From: an uncultured delta proteobacterium | GTDB taxonomy: Bacteria; Desulfobacterota; BSN033; UBA1163 | Direction of reading: 5' to 3' | NCBI GenBank assembly: GCA_963708295.1 | Contig: CAVPSJ010000014.1 | Span: 1-64,000 of the forward strand | DNA: 64,000 nucleotides | Shown: one piece after another, positions 38,632-48,463 of the stretch | How the letters are laid out: each line of letters opens with the position of its first letter | How positions within the stretch are numbered: the stretch's first letter is position 1 | The notes under the pieces: model-generated | Databases searched by the model: none | What the model was told of the DNA's origin: nothing | Seen by the model: only the letters and a program-made list of their open reading frames with translations | Made by a program: the position numbers and the translations under genes

Positions 38632-39873
38632 ATGAAAGGATTGAAATTGAGTTTGGTTATCATGGCTGCAGCCTTGTTAACCATCGGTTTAGGCGGAGTG
38701 GCCTATGCCTTCCATGCCGGCGGCGTTGCGGAATGTGCCGGATGTCACAGCATGCATAGCCCAATGGGCGTACATCTATTACTTGCCTCAGATGCCAGTT
38801 CGACATGTTTGACCTGCCATGAGCACGCGGGAGATACGGGTCCGAGTTCGTATCACGTGAGCACTGCCCAGGCCAATTTGACGGTGGGAACCGCTCCCCT
38901 CCAGAGAGGTCCGGGAGGAGATTTTGCCTGGCTGAAGAAAAACTATGCCTATACGTCCCATGGAACGGCGAGTTATGAAGACGCCTCTATCCACGGCCAC
39001 AGCATTATTGCTGCGGATAACGGATATACGGTTGTTGATCCTGTGCATGCCACATCACCTGGTGGCAGTTTCATGTCAAGCAACCTTGGCTGCGACAGTT
39101 GCCATGACCCTCACGGAAAAGGCAGAATACTCAGCAGCGGCACATACGCGTCTACTGGCGCCCCGATCATAGCATCCGGTTCAACGGCCAGTGCTCTTCC
39201 CGCCGCTGGTCAGGCGTTTGGCCTCTACAGAATACTGGCTTGGCCAGGCTATGCCGGAGCTCCAGGCGCGACATACACCACATGGCCGATTGCGATATCC
39301 CCATCTAGTTACAACAGGACCGAAGCGGCCACCATGACTCGAATTGCGTATGGCGGCGGAGCTAGCGCGAATGGTTGGGGAAAATGGTGTGGAACTTGCC
39401 ATGCGGCTATAGCCAACAATTCAGGACTTCAAGGCCATCCTTCCCACAAGGTCGACACCGCGTTAGGCTCTACGTATGGAACTATTTACAATAATTACGT
39501 GAAAACGGGCGATATGTCCGGGACCTTTGGTGGCACAACGCCTGGTCCCTACACCTCACTCGTCCCGTACCAGGAAGCTACGAGTGCTATTCCGACTCTT
39601 TATAGTCATGCGAAAACCGACAATTGCGTCCTTGGCGGTCCCTCCACGAGCGATGAGGTAACGTGTCATTCCTGCCACAGGTCGCATGCATCCGGATGGA
39701 CGCATGCGTTGAGGTGGAATAATGACACAACGTTTATCGTGAGCAACGGTGTGTATCCTGCTGAGCAGGGCCGTACTGCTATAGAGACACAGGGGGCCTA
39801 TTACGACCGGCCGGCTACTGTCTTTGCAGCCTACCAGAGGTCGCTCTGTAACAAGTGCCATGCGATGGACTAA
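38632..39873 (+). CDS. omcS: OmcS-like hexaheme cytochrome (nanowire subunit)
   Basis: Signal ending AYA then FHAGGVAECAGCHSMH; HAGDTGPSSYHVSTA, PGGDFAW, CDSCHDPHGK, YNRTEA, CHRSHASG, YQRSLCNKCH; six CxxCH, collinear with Geobacter OmcS as recalled. Confidence 0.9.
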   Translation: MKGLKLSLVIMAAALLTIGLGGVAYAFHAGGVAECAGCHSMHSPMGVHLLLASDASSTCLTCHEHAGDTGPSSYHVSTAQANLTVGTAPLQRGPGGDFAWLKKNYAYTSHGTASYEDASIHGHSIIAADNGYTVVDPVHATSPGGSFMSSNLGCDSCHDPHGKGRILSSGTYASTGAPIIASGSTASALPAAGQAFGLYRILAWPGYAGAPGATYTTWPIAISPSSYNRTEAATMTRIAYGGGASANGWGKWCGTCHAAIANNSGLQGHPSHKVDTALGSTYGTIYNNYVKTGDMSGTFGGTTPGPYTSLVPYQEATSAIPTLYSHAKTDNCVLGGPSTSDEVTCHSCHRSHASGWTHALRWNNDTTFIVSNGVYPAEQGRTAIETQGAYYDRPATVFAAYQRSLCNKCHAMD

Positions 39874-39933
39874 TTCAACCCTTTTCTCTCTCTCCATCTG
39901 AAAGGAAGGTGGCTGGGAGTAAAGGAAAGAAGG

Positions 39934-39966
39934 AGGGGGCCGGTATCTACCGGCCCCCTTTTTTTT
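39934..39966 (+). terminator. Rho-independent terminator after omcS
   Basis: AGGGGGCCGGTA-TC-TACCGGCCCCCT followed by T-run. Confidence 0.85.
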
Positions 39967-40051
39967 GGTTGAATTCCGGTCTTTTATGAGTTTTAATAGA
40001 CGTTAAACAATTAGTTTGGATGGGCCGGAAATAAGGAGGTGAATTTCCATC

Positions 40052-41671
40052 ATGATTCCGAAAAAAGCTCCATGCCCCTTGCTCTCTGCCCTATGCCCTT
40101 TGCGCTCTCGCCCCTCAGGGGAGAGGGGAAAAGCCTGCCGCGTTCTTAATACCGGGGGGAGGGGTCGTATGCCTGCCCTCCGAAAGCTCGCTGCAGGAGG
40201 GCACTATGCTCTACCTGGCCTACGAAGCCTCCGATTCTGGGGCGTAGTGGGCTGCGCTATGCTGATTCTTGCAATGCTGGGTTGCCAGGCAGCCGTGACA
40301 AGGATTAGGCCTCCCCTTGAAGAGGAGGGGGAAGTCTATCTTTATATCCAGGCTTATCCTCAGGAGGCCGAGCGACTCCGGTTTACGGTTGACGAAGCAT
40401 TTGCAGTCAGCGCTGATGGAAGAGAATTCCCGTTGGATACTTATTTGCACGAAATAAAATCGAGTGACTTGAGAAGGCAGCGGCTTCTGGGTTCCGGCAG
40501 AATTCCACCTGGTTCCTATGTCGGTTTCTCGTTCAAGACCAAAAAAGCTACTTTAAGGGGCGAAGAGGGTGAAGCCGACCTTTTGGTACCCGAGAAGTCC
40601 GTGCGAAGTGAATTCAATTTCAGGGTGAATAGAAAGACCGGATATGTTTTCTTTCTTTCCTTCAAGTATAAGGAGTCGATCGAAGCCGGTTTCAGCTTCA
40701 GTCCTGTATTTTCCGTATCTGTTCCAGCTAAACCCATCTTAAGCCTTGCCGGGTATATAAGCAACGCGGTTTCCAGCAATCTCACGGTATTTGATAAGAA
40801 AGCGACGCAGGTTACAGGCTTAATACCTGTCGGACGGGAACCGTCGGGAATGGCACTCGACCAGAGATCAAGAAGACTTTACGTGGCGGACTCAGGAGAT
40901 AATGAAATCTTAGTCGTAGACATTCTGGCAGATCAGGTGACAAACAAAATTAGACTGACCAGTGGAGATCGCCCACTGGAGCTGGCCCTTACCCCTGACG
41001 GGAGGACGCTCCTTTCGGTCAATCATGGTTCGAATACCGTAAGTTTCATAGACCCTACTTCTCTGTTTGAGTTGAACAGGGTAAATGTCGGCAATGGCCC
41101 TCGCTCCATTGTGATCGATCCTGCCGGCAGAAGGGCTTATGTGTTCAATACCGTCTCTGGGACGATCACTGTGCTCGACATACCAAACCGGGCCATCATC
41201 ACCACGTTTTCCACGGACCCCGGTCCGTTAAGAGGGGACTTCAGCCCAAAGGGTGATAACCTTTATGTCATTCACGAGCTCTCTTCTTATCTGGCAGTCA
41301 TTGACCCTGTCTCATTCAGAGTCTTGAAGAGATTTTCGATTGGGCCTGGAATGATCTCGATCAAGGTCGACAGCCGGACAGGTCTGGTTTATATTAGCCG
41401 AAGGAATGATATTTTTGTGGGAGTATACAATCCCTTCTCTTTTGTTGCCGTCGATCTTATAAGAACCGGAGGGACAGTCAATTATATGACGATTGACGAT
41501 GAGGAAAATAACCTCTACATGGTTAGCTCTGAGATGAAGAGAATCATTGTGAGTAACCTCGTGAGAAAAAAGATTCTGTATGAGGTCGATGTGGGGGAAA
41601 CCCCCTACTGGGTGAGCGTCATGGGGGAACGTCTTCTGCAGATTATTAGAACACCCGTTTTTCGACAATAA
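40052..41671 (+). CDS. oscD: YVTN/YncE beta-propeller lipoprotein (OscD-like)
   Basis: Lipobox-like AMLGC; repeats LYVADSGDN, LLSVNHGSNTVSFID, AYVFNTVSGTITVLD; true start uncertain; symbol assigned by synteny. Confidence 0.7.
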   Translation: MIPKKAPCPLLSALCPLRSRPSGERGKACRVLNTGGRGRMPALRKLAAGGHYALPGLRSLRFWGVVGCAMLILAMLGCQAAVTRIRPPLEEEGEVYLYIQAYPQEAERLRFTVDEAFAVSADGREFPLDTYLHEIKSSDLRRQRLLGSGRIPPGSYVGFSFKTKKATLRGEEGEADLLVPEKSVRSEFNFRVNRKTGYVFFLSFKYKESIEAGFSFSPVFSVSVPAKPILSLAGYISNAVSSNLTVFDKKATQVTGLIPVGREPSGMALDQRSRRLYVADSGDNEILVVDILADQVTNKIRLTSGDRPLELALTPDGRTLLSVNHGSNTVSFIDPTSLFELNRVNVGNGPRSIVIDPAGRRAYVFNTVSGTITVLDIPNRAIITTFSTDPGPLRGDFSPKGDNLYVIHELSSYLAVIDPVSFRVLKRFSIGPGMISIKVDSRTGLVYISRRNDIFVGVYNPFSFVAVDLIRTGGTVNYMTIDDEENNLYMVSSEMKRIIVSNLVRKKILYEVDVGETPYWVSVMGERLLQIIRTPVFRQ

Positions 41672-41673
41672 GA

Positions 41674-42478
41674 AGCATAGAGCATGGCAACATAATGAGC
41701 ACCAAATTCCAAACCACAAATTCCAAATAAGCTCCAATGACCCAAATTCAAAAATCCAAACTCTTTGATTTAGAAGAAAGGTTCTTCGCTCTCCTCCAAC
41801 CATTCCCTCTTTGGCAAAAGGGTAGATCCGAACATTCCCCCCTTTGGAAAAGGGTAAATCCAAACACTCCCCCCTTTGGAAAAGGGGGGTGGGGGGGGAT
41901 TTTTAGAACATATGCTTTCTTATGATAAGCAGTTGAAATCGTTATCGCAGCATCTCAGAAAAAATATGACGGATGCTGAAAACCTATTGTGGTCAAAATT
42001 GAGGCGAAAGCAACTGAAAGGGCATCCGTTTTATCGTCAAAAGATTATCGGGAAGTATATCGTTGATTTTTACTGTCCGAAGGCAAATCTTGTTGTAGAG
42101 CTTGATGGTGGACAACACTATTCTGAGATAGGGCAAGTAAGAGATAGGGTAAGAGACGATGTTCTTGAGGAAATGGGATTAAAGGTCCTCAGGTTTTCGG
42201 ACAGGGATGTTTTTGAGAATATCGGCGGAGTGACGGAAATGATATGGAGTCGTTTATGACCTATAAAATCTCCCCTTGCCCCTCTTTACCAAAGAGGGGG
42301 AAAGAAAGAGAGAAATTTGCCAAAGAGGGGAAAAGGAAAAGGTCCGATGGATGCCAGGGGGGATTATTTGGAGCTTGGAATTTGGGATTTGGAGTTTTAA
42401 AAAAAGTTGATATGTCCCTTGCCAATTGTTCTATCCTTGTCAAATTTATCCCTCTGCTCTCTGCCCTCTGCTCTCTGC
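41674..42478. mobile_element. Nested palindromic cassette carrying a DUF559 gene
   Basis: Three concentric inverted-repeat layers (41674-41688/42451-42478; 41698-41760/42361-42398; 41786-41904/42265-42331). Confidence 0.6.
41912..42259 (+). CDS. DUF559 / very-short-patch-repair-like endonuclease
   Basis: LRKNMTDAENLLWSKLR, FYRQKIIGKYIVDFYC, VELDGGQH, RDDVL...GLKVLRF. Confidence 0.9.
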   Translation: MLSYDKQLKSLSQHLRKNMTDAENLLWSKLRRKQLKGHPFYRQKIIGKYIVDFYCPKANLVVELDGGQHYSEIGQVRDRVRDDVLEEMGLKVLRFSDRDVFENIGGVTEMIWSRL

Positions 42479-44670
42479 TGATTTTATTGTTGCTGTTGCC
42501 TATTGGGGCAAATGCCCAGGGTCTATTTCAGGGAATTACCGGCTCTTTGGAATTCAATTACAATTATTTGACTTCCAAGACAACCGATGCGACCGGAAAT
42601 ACGGTGAAAACAAGAGCACAGACCTATTTCCCTCGATTTCAATTTGATATCAACACGGATATCTTTCCCAATCTGAGACTAATGGCTGGCGGGATTGCGG
42701 AAGGGTTTATAACAGACCTTAAATCAGATGGGTCTGACGTCACGACGACGCAGCTTAATTTCAGACCATACATCGATCTTACTCTGAGGACGCCCTTTTA
42801 TTGGGCGAGTATGGGCTACGTGAGAAGACAGCAGATAACAGATGCCACGAATTCGTCTTCTATCAATCTTATCAGAGATGAGTATTACGGAATTCTTGGA
42901 TTGCGACCCGAGGGGTTACCATTCATGGAGTTGCAACTTAGAAAGAGAGATTCTTATGACGATGCCAAGTCAATCCTGAATACTACGGAGGAGTTGATCA
43001 GCCTCAATTCAAGATATCAATATAAAGGTCTTCTGCTTGATTATTACGGTACTTATCTGCATACGAAAGATGAAGTACGCAATCTTGACGTTGTCCAGCA
43101 GACCCATACGGGGAGAGCTTCCTATTCAGATTCGTTTCTTGATAAACGATTAGCGGTCAATACCAATTATAACGTATTGTACCAGGGAACGACGACCAAA
43201 TCAACAAAACAAGGAGTCATAGACCAGGGAGTTGTAACCTCTCAGGCCTTTCCCACCGGAGGCCTCTTCGCCATAGATGATACACCTCTCGATGGTGCGT
43301 TAAATCCGAATCCTGCCCTCATTGATGGTGATCTGACAGCCAGTGCGGGAATCAATATCGGCCTGCCTCCGGGAGTAGATACCAGTCTGAGGAATATTGG
43401 TCTCGACTTCACGACCCCCACGGAGGTGAACCGGCTCCTCCTGTGGGTTGACAGGGATCTTTCTACGGCGTCCGATATTGTAAATTTCTTTTCTTTAAAC
43501 TTGAAGGTCTACGTCAGTTCCGATAATTTGAACTGGGTCGCCTGGCCAATCACTCCTCCAATCACTTTTGGACCTTTCGAAAATCGTTTTGAAATTAAAT
43601 TTGCAAACGTCGTTCCTCCCAGACGCTTTATAAAGGTGGTGACCCCTCCCTTGAGTCCGGCTGTTCCAGGGGCCTTTGGCTTTCCGAACATTTTCATCAC
43701 AGAATTACAGGCATTCCTTGATACATCAACAAGTACTTTCCAAAATAATAGGCAAAATAAGACCAACACAATTACCAACAACTATGATATAGACTTGAAA
43801 ATGAGGATTCTGGACGATCCGTCTTTGTTCTATGAATTCTATGGTTACTACAATAACAGGCAGAACGCTGTTGACGAGACGAGGTATACCATCTCGAATG
43901 CATTTTACACTTTCCATAGATTTAACGAAGTCTTTTCAGGCAGGGCAAGGGTGGCAGTGGAAAATGGAAAGGAACTGGAAGATAAGAGGGTTGCTTATAT
44001 TTATGATGCTGCGCTTATAGCCGACCCCTTGAGAACGCTCCACAATAGCCTCGTCGTCAACGGCAGGAACGAAGAAATAGGCGGGAGACCTAATGATGTG
44101 AATTCGGTATTTCTATATAACACCGCGCAATTGTATAAAGGGATAGATGTGAGTCTTAATGGCGGTGTAAATTTTACAAAGCAGGAAACGGGTGAAAGCG
44201 GAAGAGATTTTATTATTACTTTTCAGACGAATATCGTACCTCACAGAACGCTGACTCTGGGACTCAATTACAATAATACGGTAGCCCAGAAATCAGGGGG
44301 AAATCTGGGTTCCACGTCAACCACTACACAAATCCTTGATATTAATTTGAATTACAATCCCTTCACGACTTTAAATCTTTTTGCTTATCTCCAGTATGTT
44401 AGGGAATCGGGACAGAAGGATAGGATCCTTCAGAATTACGCTATCAACTGGATGCCTTTTCCCGATGGAGCACTTCAGTTTAATATTGCTTATAATGAAA
44501 ATTATAGGTCCGAGGACCACTTAACGGAAAGAATTTTCGTGCCAAGCGTCCGATATTACCTTTCAAAACGGTCATACTTACAAGTTTCATATCAATTAAT
44601 TCGAAGCAGTAGCGATATCGAGAAGATAGATTCGAACCTGTTTAGTACAAGTCTAAAGATATATTTCTGA
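42412..44670 (+). CDS. oscE: Outer-membrane beta-barrel with inserted soluble domain (OscE-like)
   Basis: Signal ending ANA, amphipathic beta strands, C-terminal aromatic LKIYF; symbol assigned by synteny. Confidence 0.65.
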   Translation: MSLANCSILVKFIPLLSALCSLLILLLLLPIGANAQGLFQGITGSLEFNYNYLTSKTTDATGNTVKTRAQTYFPRFQFDINTDIFPNLRLMAGGIAEGFITDLKSDGSDVTTTQLNFRPYIDLTLRTPFYWASMGYVRRQQITDATNSSSINLIRDEYYGILGLRPEGLPFMELQLRKRDSYDDAKSILNTTEELISLNSRYQYKGLLLDYYGTYLHTKDEVRNLDVVQQTHTGRASYSDSFLDKRLAVNTNYNVLYQGTTTKSTKQGVIDQGVVTSQAFPTGGLFAIDDTPLDGALNPNPALIDGDLTASAGINIGLPPGVDTSLRNIGLDFTTPTEVNRLLLWVDRDLSTASDIVNFFSLNLKVYVSSDNLNWVAWPITPPITFGPFENRFEIKFANVVPPRRFIKVVTPPLSPAVPGAFGFPNIFITELQAFLDTSTSTFQNNRQNKTNTITNNYDIDLKMRILDDPSLFYEFYGYYNNRQNAVDETRYTISNAFYTFHRFNEVFSGRARVAVENGKELEDKRVAYIYDAALIADPLRTLHNSLVVNGRNEEIGGRPNDVNSVFLYNTAQLYKGIDVSLNGGVNFTKQETGESGRDFIITFQTNIVPHRTLTLGLNYNNTVAQKSGGNLGSTSTTTQILDINLNYNPFTTLNLFAYLQYVRESGQKDRILQNYAINWMPFPDGALQFNIAYNENYRSEDHLTERIFVPSVRYYLSKRSYLQVSYQLIRSSSDIEKIDSNLFSTSLKIYF

Positions 44671-44822
44671 TGGAAATGGTTGAATCTTACTATACCGGCG
44701 GCTAACCCTTCTCTCCCCACTGGGAGAGGGAAGAGACGGCTCCCATTGATTTCTGCTTTTTTTTCAGTAATATATAAAATGCACAATTCTTCACAAAATA
44801 ATTTTTAACGGGGGGGGATATT

Positions 44823-45407
44823 GTGATTGGTAAAATGAGAATTAGGCATCTAAAAATTTTCCTCATTTTTTCTGTCTTCTTCTTAACCTCATGTGCGACT
44901 TCATTAAGGGATGTCTATATCGACCCGAATATGGACTTCGGGGCAGTTAAAAGTATAGCCGTAATGCCTTTTTTGAGTCTTGCAAGAGATCCGGTTGTGG
45001 CCGACAGGGTAAGAGATGTCTTTATTAACAAGCTCTTGGCAACAGGCGCTGTCTATGTCCTGCCGGTTGGAGAAGTCGCCCGGGGAACCGCAAGGGCGGA
45101 AATTCAGAATCCCTCTGCGCCCTCTCCTGAAGAGGCGGTGAAGTTAGGGGGAATTATCAAGGTCCAGGCAATCATTACAGGGACGGTAAGGGAATACGGT
45201 GAGGTGAGATCCGGAACAGCTGCCGCAAATGTTGCATCTGTTAGCGTTCAGATGATCGAGACACAGACCGGCAAAGTCGTGTGGTCGGCTTCCTCTACGG
45301 AAGGTGGAGTTAATATATGGGACCGTCTTTTCGGCGGAGGTGGCAAGCCGATGAATAAAGTGACCGAGAAAGCAGTCGATGATCTTATCCGAAAACTATT
45401 CAAATAA
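44823..45407 (+). CDS. oscF: CsgG/GNA1162-like lipoprotein (OscF-like)
   Basis: Lipobox LTSC, SIAVMPF, AIITGTVREY, MIETQTGKVVWSAS. Confidence 0.7.
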   Translation: MIGKMRIRHLKIFLIFSVFFLTSCATSLRDVYIDPNMDFGAVKSIAVMPFLSLARDPVVADRVRDVFINKLLATGAVYVLPVGEVARGTARAEIQNPSAPSPEEAVKLGGIIKVQAIITGTVREYGEVRSGTAAANVASVSVQMIETQTGKVVWSASSTEGGVNIWDRLFGGGGKPMNKVTEKAVDDLIRKLFK

Positions 45408-46541
45408 ATTCATCTTGATTCTGATTCTGAGCTCTATTCCTCTTTCCAAACTTCGCAGTTAGCGAAGAGCTTGGAAAAGAAAATGTTGCCGCGACGAAGG
45501 AAGGAATCCGGGTTGCCGTCTTGCCACTTGAAAACCTCAGTGGGACAATGGCGCCTATCAAAGAGATCAGGCAGATCTTCATTGAAAAGTTGAGAAAGGC
45601 GGGGGTTGACGTTCTCAATGAAGAGGCTTTAGAGAAGTTTATGGCAAAGCACCGTATCCGGTACACGGGCGGGATCGACAAGAATACAGCTCAAGCGTTT
45701 AAACAAGAAGTAAACGTCGACGGTGTCTTCATTGCCTCATTAGAGTTCTACAGCGATGCCAACCCCCCAAAGATTTCTTTGATCTCCAGATTGGTTTCAA
45801 CAGGGGAAAGTCCTTCTATTTTGTGGATGGACGGAGTTGGATTAGCCGGAGACGATTCAAGAGGTCTTCTGGACCTGGGGCTGATCGAGGACCCCAAAGT
45901 TCTTTTGGACAAGGCGATGAACGTGATGTTCGATTCGCTGTATCGGTATCTTTCGACGAAAGCAGATGCAGAGAGAAGGGCATGTTGCCAAGAGGAAGTT
46001 TCGACCCAAAATGTTTTACCGTTCTCCAGCCCTGGATCAGGAAAGAAAATATACGGTGGCCATTGTTCCCTTCGTGAATTTGAGCGGGAGAAAATATGCG
46101 GGAGATATTCTCGTCCTTCATCTTGCCAAGGAACTAAAAAAATATGACAATTTCAATGTGATTGAATTTGGCATGGTGAGACAGACTTTCCTTGAATTGA
46201 GGATTATTATGGACCAGGGAATCTCACTGCCCCAAGCTGATCCTATCTTTGCCTTATTGAACGCAGACCTGATTCTGTCAGGAGATGTTACCGATTATGA
46301 CGATTACCATGGAATATGGGGAATACCCAAAGTTGGGTTTACCACTCAGCTCATCGCAAAAAAGAATCGGGAGGTCGTTTGGAGTTCAGATGGATACAAC
46401 GAAGGAGAGGATGGGGTCTTCTTTTTCGATCTGGGGAGAGTGAATACGGCACATGTTATGGCTTCTCAGATGGCACAGTGGATTGGTAAAATGGTGCTGG
46501 GCCAGGAGAAAAAGGTTCAAGCCTCTTCCAGTAAAGATTAA
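45379..46541 (+). CDS. oscG: Tandem CsgG-like-domain protein (OscG-like), two frameshifts
   Basis: Joined frames: signal, RVAVLPLENLSG domain 1, TVAIVPFVNLSG domain 2, REVVWSS. Confidence 0.65.
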
Positions 46542-46576
46542 AATACGGAGAGATTTGGGAATCGAAGAGAGGTGAT

Positions 46577-48207
46577 ATGAGACATTTTACTGGGGCGTCA
46601 AGAATCATACTGGTGCTTGGTTTTCTTCTTGGAATTTCAAGCATCGGGTTAGGACAAGATCTGCCAATGATTAAAGGGAAGAAGACTGTTGCCATCGTAA
46701 ACGGGGAGCCCATTACCTTAAGCGAATTCAATCAGGAACGGCGCGGGAGTAGAAAGCGAAGAGAAGAGGCTGGATTTACTCCGGCGGTTGATTAACTCAC
46801 GGCTGATGATTCAGGAAGCGAGAAGAATGGGGATTGATCAGTTAAAGGAATTAAAAGAGAGGGTTGACGTATTTGCGAAGGTGACACTCCGGGAAAAGTT
46901 GCTGGAAACACATATTAGAAATATTAAACCCGATGAGAAAAGAAGTAGAGAAGGTCTACCGGGAAGCCGTCAAAGAGTTCAAAATCAAATCGATCGTTTT
47001 TGATAAAGAAGAAGACGCCAACCAGATGGAGGGCTTGCTTAAGGACGGGAAGGACTTCGATAAGGTGTTGGAGAAATTTCTCTCGGAAAAAAAGGGGAAG
47101 GGGAGTCAGGAAGGAGTCTTTTTGAAGAATAAGGCATTGTTGCCGGAGATCGCAGAGGCCGTTTCAAAAATGAATGTTGGATCGATTAGCCCAGTTGTTC
47201 GAATTAAATCAGGCTATGTCGTTTTCAAAATCGAAGACATCCGTTATCCTGAAGACCCTGAAATAAAGAAAGAAGTGGAACTGGACCTGCTTACAAAAAA
47301 GCAGCAGGAAGCCATATCCAAATACTGTGAGGACCTAAACAAAAAGTACGCAAAAGTAAATCAGGAGCTTCTCAAGAGCCTGGATTTTGAGTCGAAAGAA
47401 CCAGGGTTCGAGAACCTTATCAAGGATAAGCGTGTGGTGGCAGAGATAAAGGGGGAGAGACCCATCACGGTGGGTGAGCTCACGGATTATATGCGGCAGC
47501 AGCTTTATCATGGCGTAGAGATGGCCGTTGAATCAAAAAGATTGAACAAGAGAAAAGCAAAAATACTGGATGAAATGCTTCAAAAAAGAACCCTCAGGGT
47601 AGAAGCGCTCCGGTTGGGTCTGGACAAGAAGGAAAGCTATAAGAACCAGGTCAAAGAACACGAAAACTCGTTAATCTTCGCTGCTTTCATTCAAAAGGCT
47701 GTCGCCCCGGACATCAAATTGAAAGAAGAGGAACTTAGGGCCTACTATGATCAACATATTAACGATTACACCCATCCTGAGATGATGAAAATAAGCGGTC
47801 TCGTCTTTTCAAAAAGGGATGACGCAGAGAAGGCCATCACCAACTTGCGAAAGGGGACAGATTTCCGGTGGGTGAAAGAGAATGCTGAAGGGCAAATCAA
47901 TCAAAACGAAAAGGGTGTGTTGGTTTTTGATGGAAGGCTCCTCACGACAAAAGATCTGCCCGAAGGAGTGAGCAAGGCCGTCACCGGGGCCAAAGCGGGC
48001 GATTTCAGACTTTATGAAAGCCCGGAGAAACATTATTATGTTTTGTACGTTCAGGAGGTTAATCCCTCGAGACCCCAGCCCTATGCAGAGGCGAAAGAAG
48101 AGATTGCGAAGAAGATCTATAATGAAAAACTTATCAAAGCCGTGGAGGACTATGCGGACAAATTGAGAGCCGTTTCGGAGGTAAAAATTTTTCTAAAGGA
48201 CAACTAA
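46577..48207 (+). CDS. oscH: SurA/PpiC-type peptidyl-prolyl isomerase chaperone (OscH-like), two frameshifts
   Basis: VAIVNGEPITLSEF, LINSRLMIQEA, VGSISPVV, VAEIKGERPITVGEL, two parvulin-like repeats. Confidence 0.75.
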
Positions 48208-48213
48208 ATGCAA

Positions 48214-48445
48214 AGAGCATAGCCTAAAGGAGAAGCGCCAAATACCAAATACCAAATTTCATAAGGATATCAAAGCTTCAGTTTCCTGAACGACCCAATT
48301 GAAAACTATTTGAATTTTGGTCATTGGAGTTTATTTGGGATTTGGAGATTGGAATTTGGAGTTTATCTGAAGTTTGGGATTTGAAATTTGTCATTTGGGA
48401 TTTGAACTGTATACGCTATGCCCTCTGCCCTCTGCTCTATGCTTG
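48214..48445. repeat. Nested heptamer palindrome without cargo gene
   Basis: gagcatagc / gctatgccctctgccctctgctctatgc outside; ccaaataccaaataccaaattt / tttgggatttggagattggaatttggagttt inside. Confidence 0.65.
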
Positions 48446-48463
48446 AATTAAAAGGGAGTTGCC

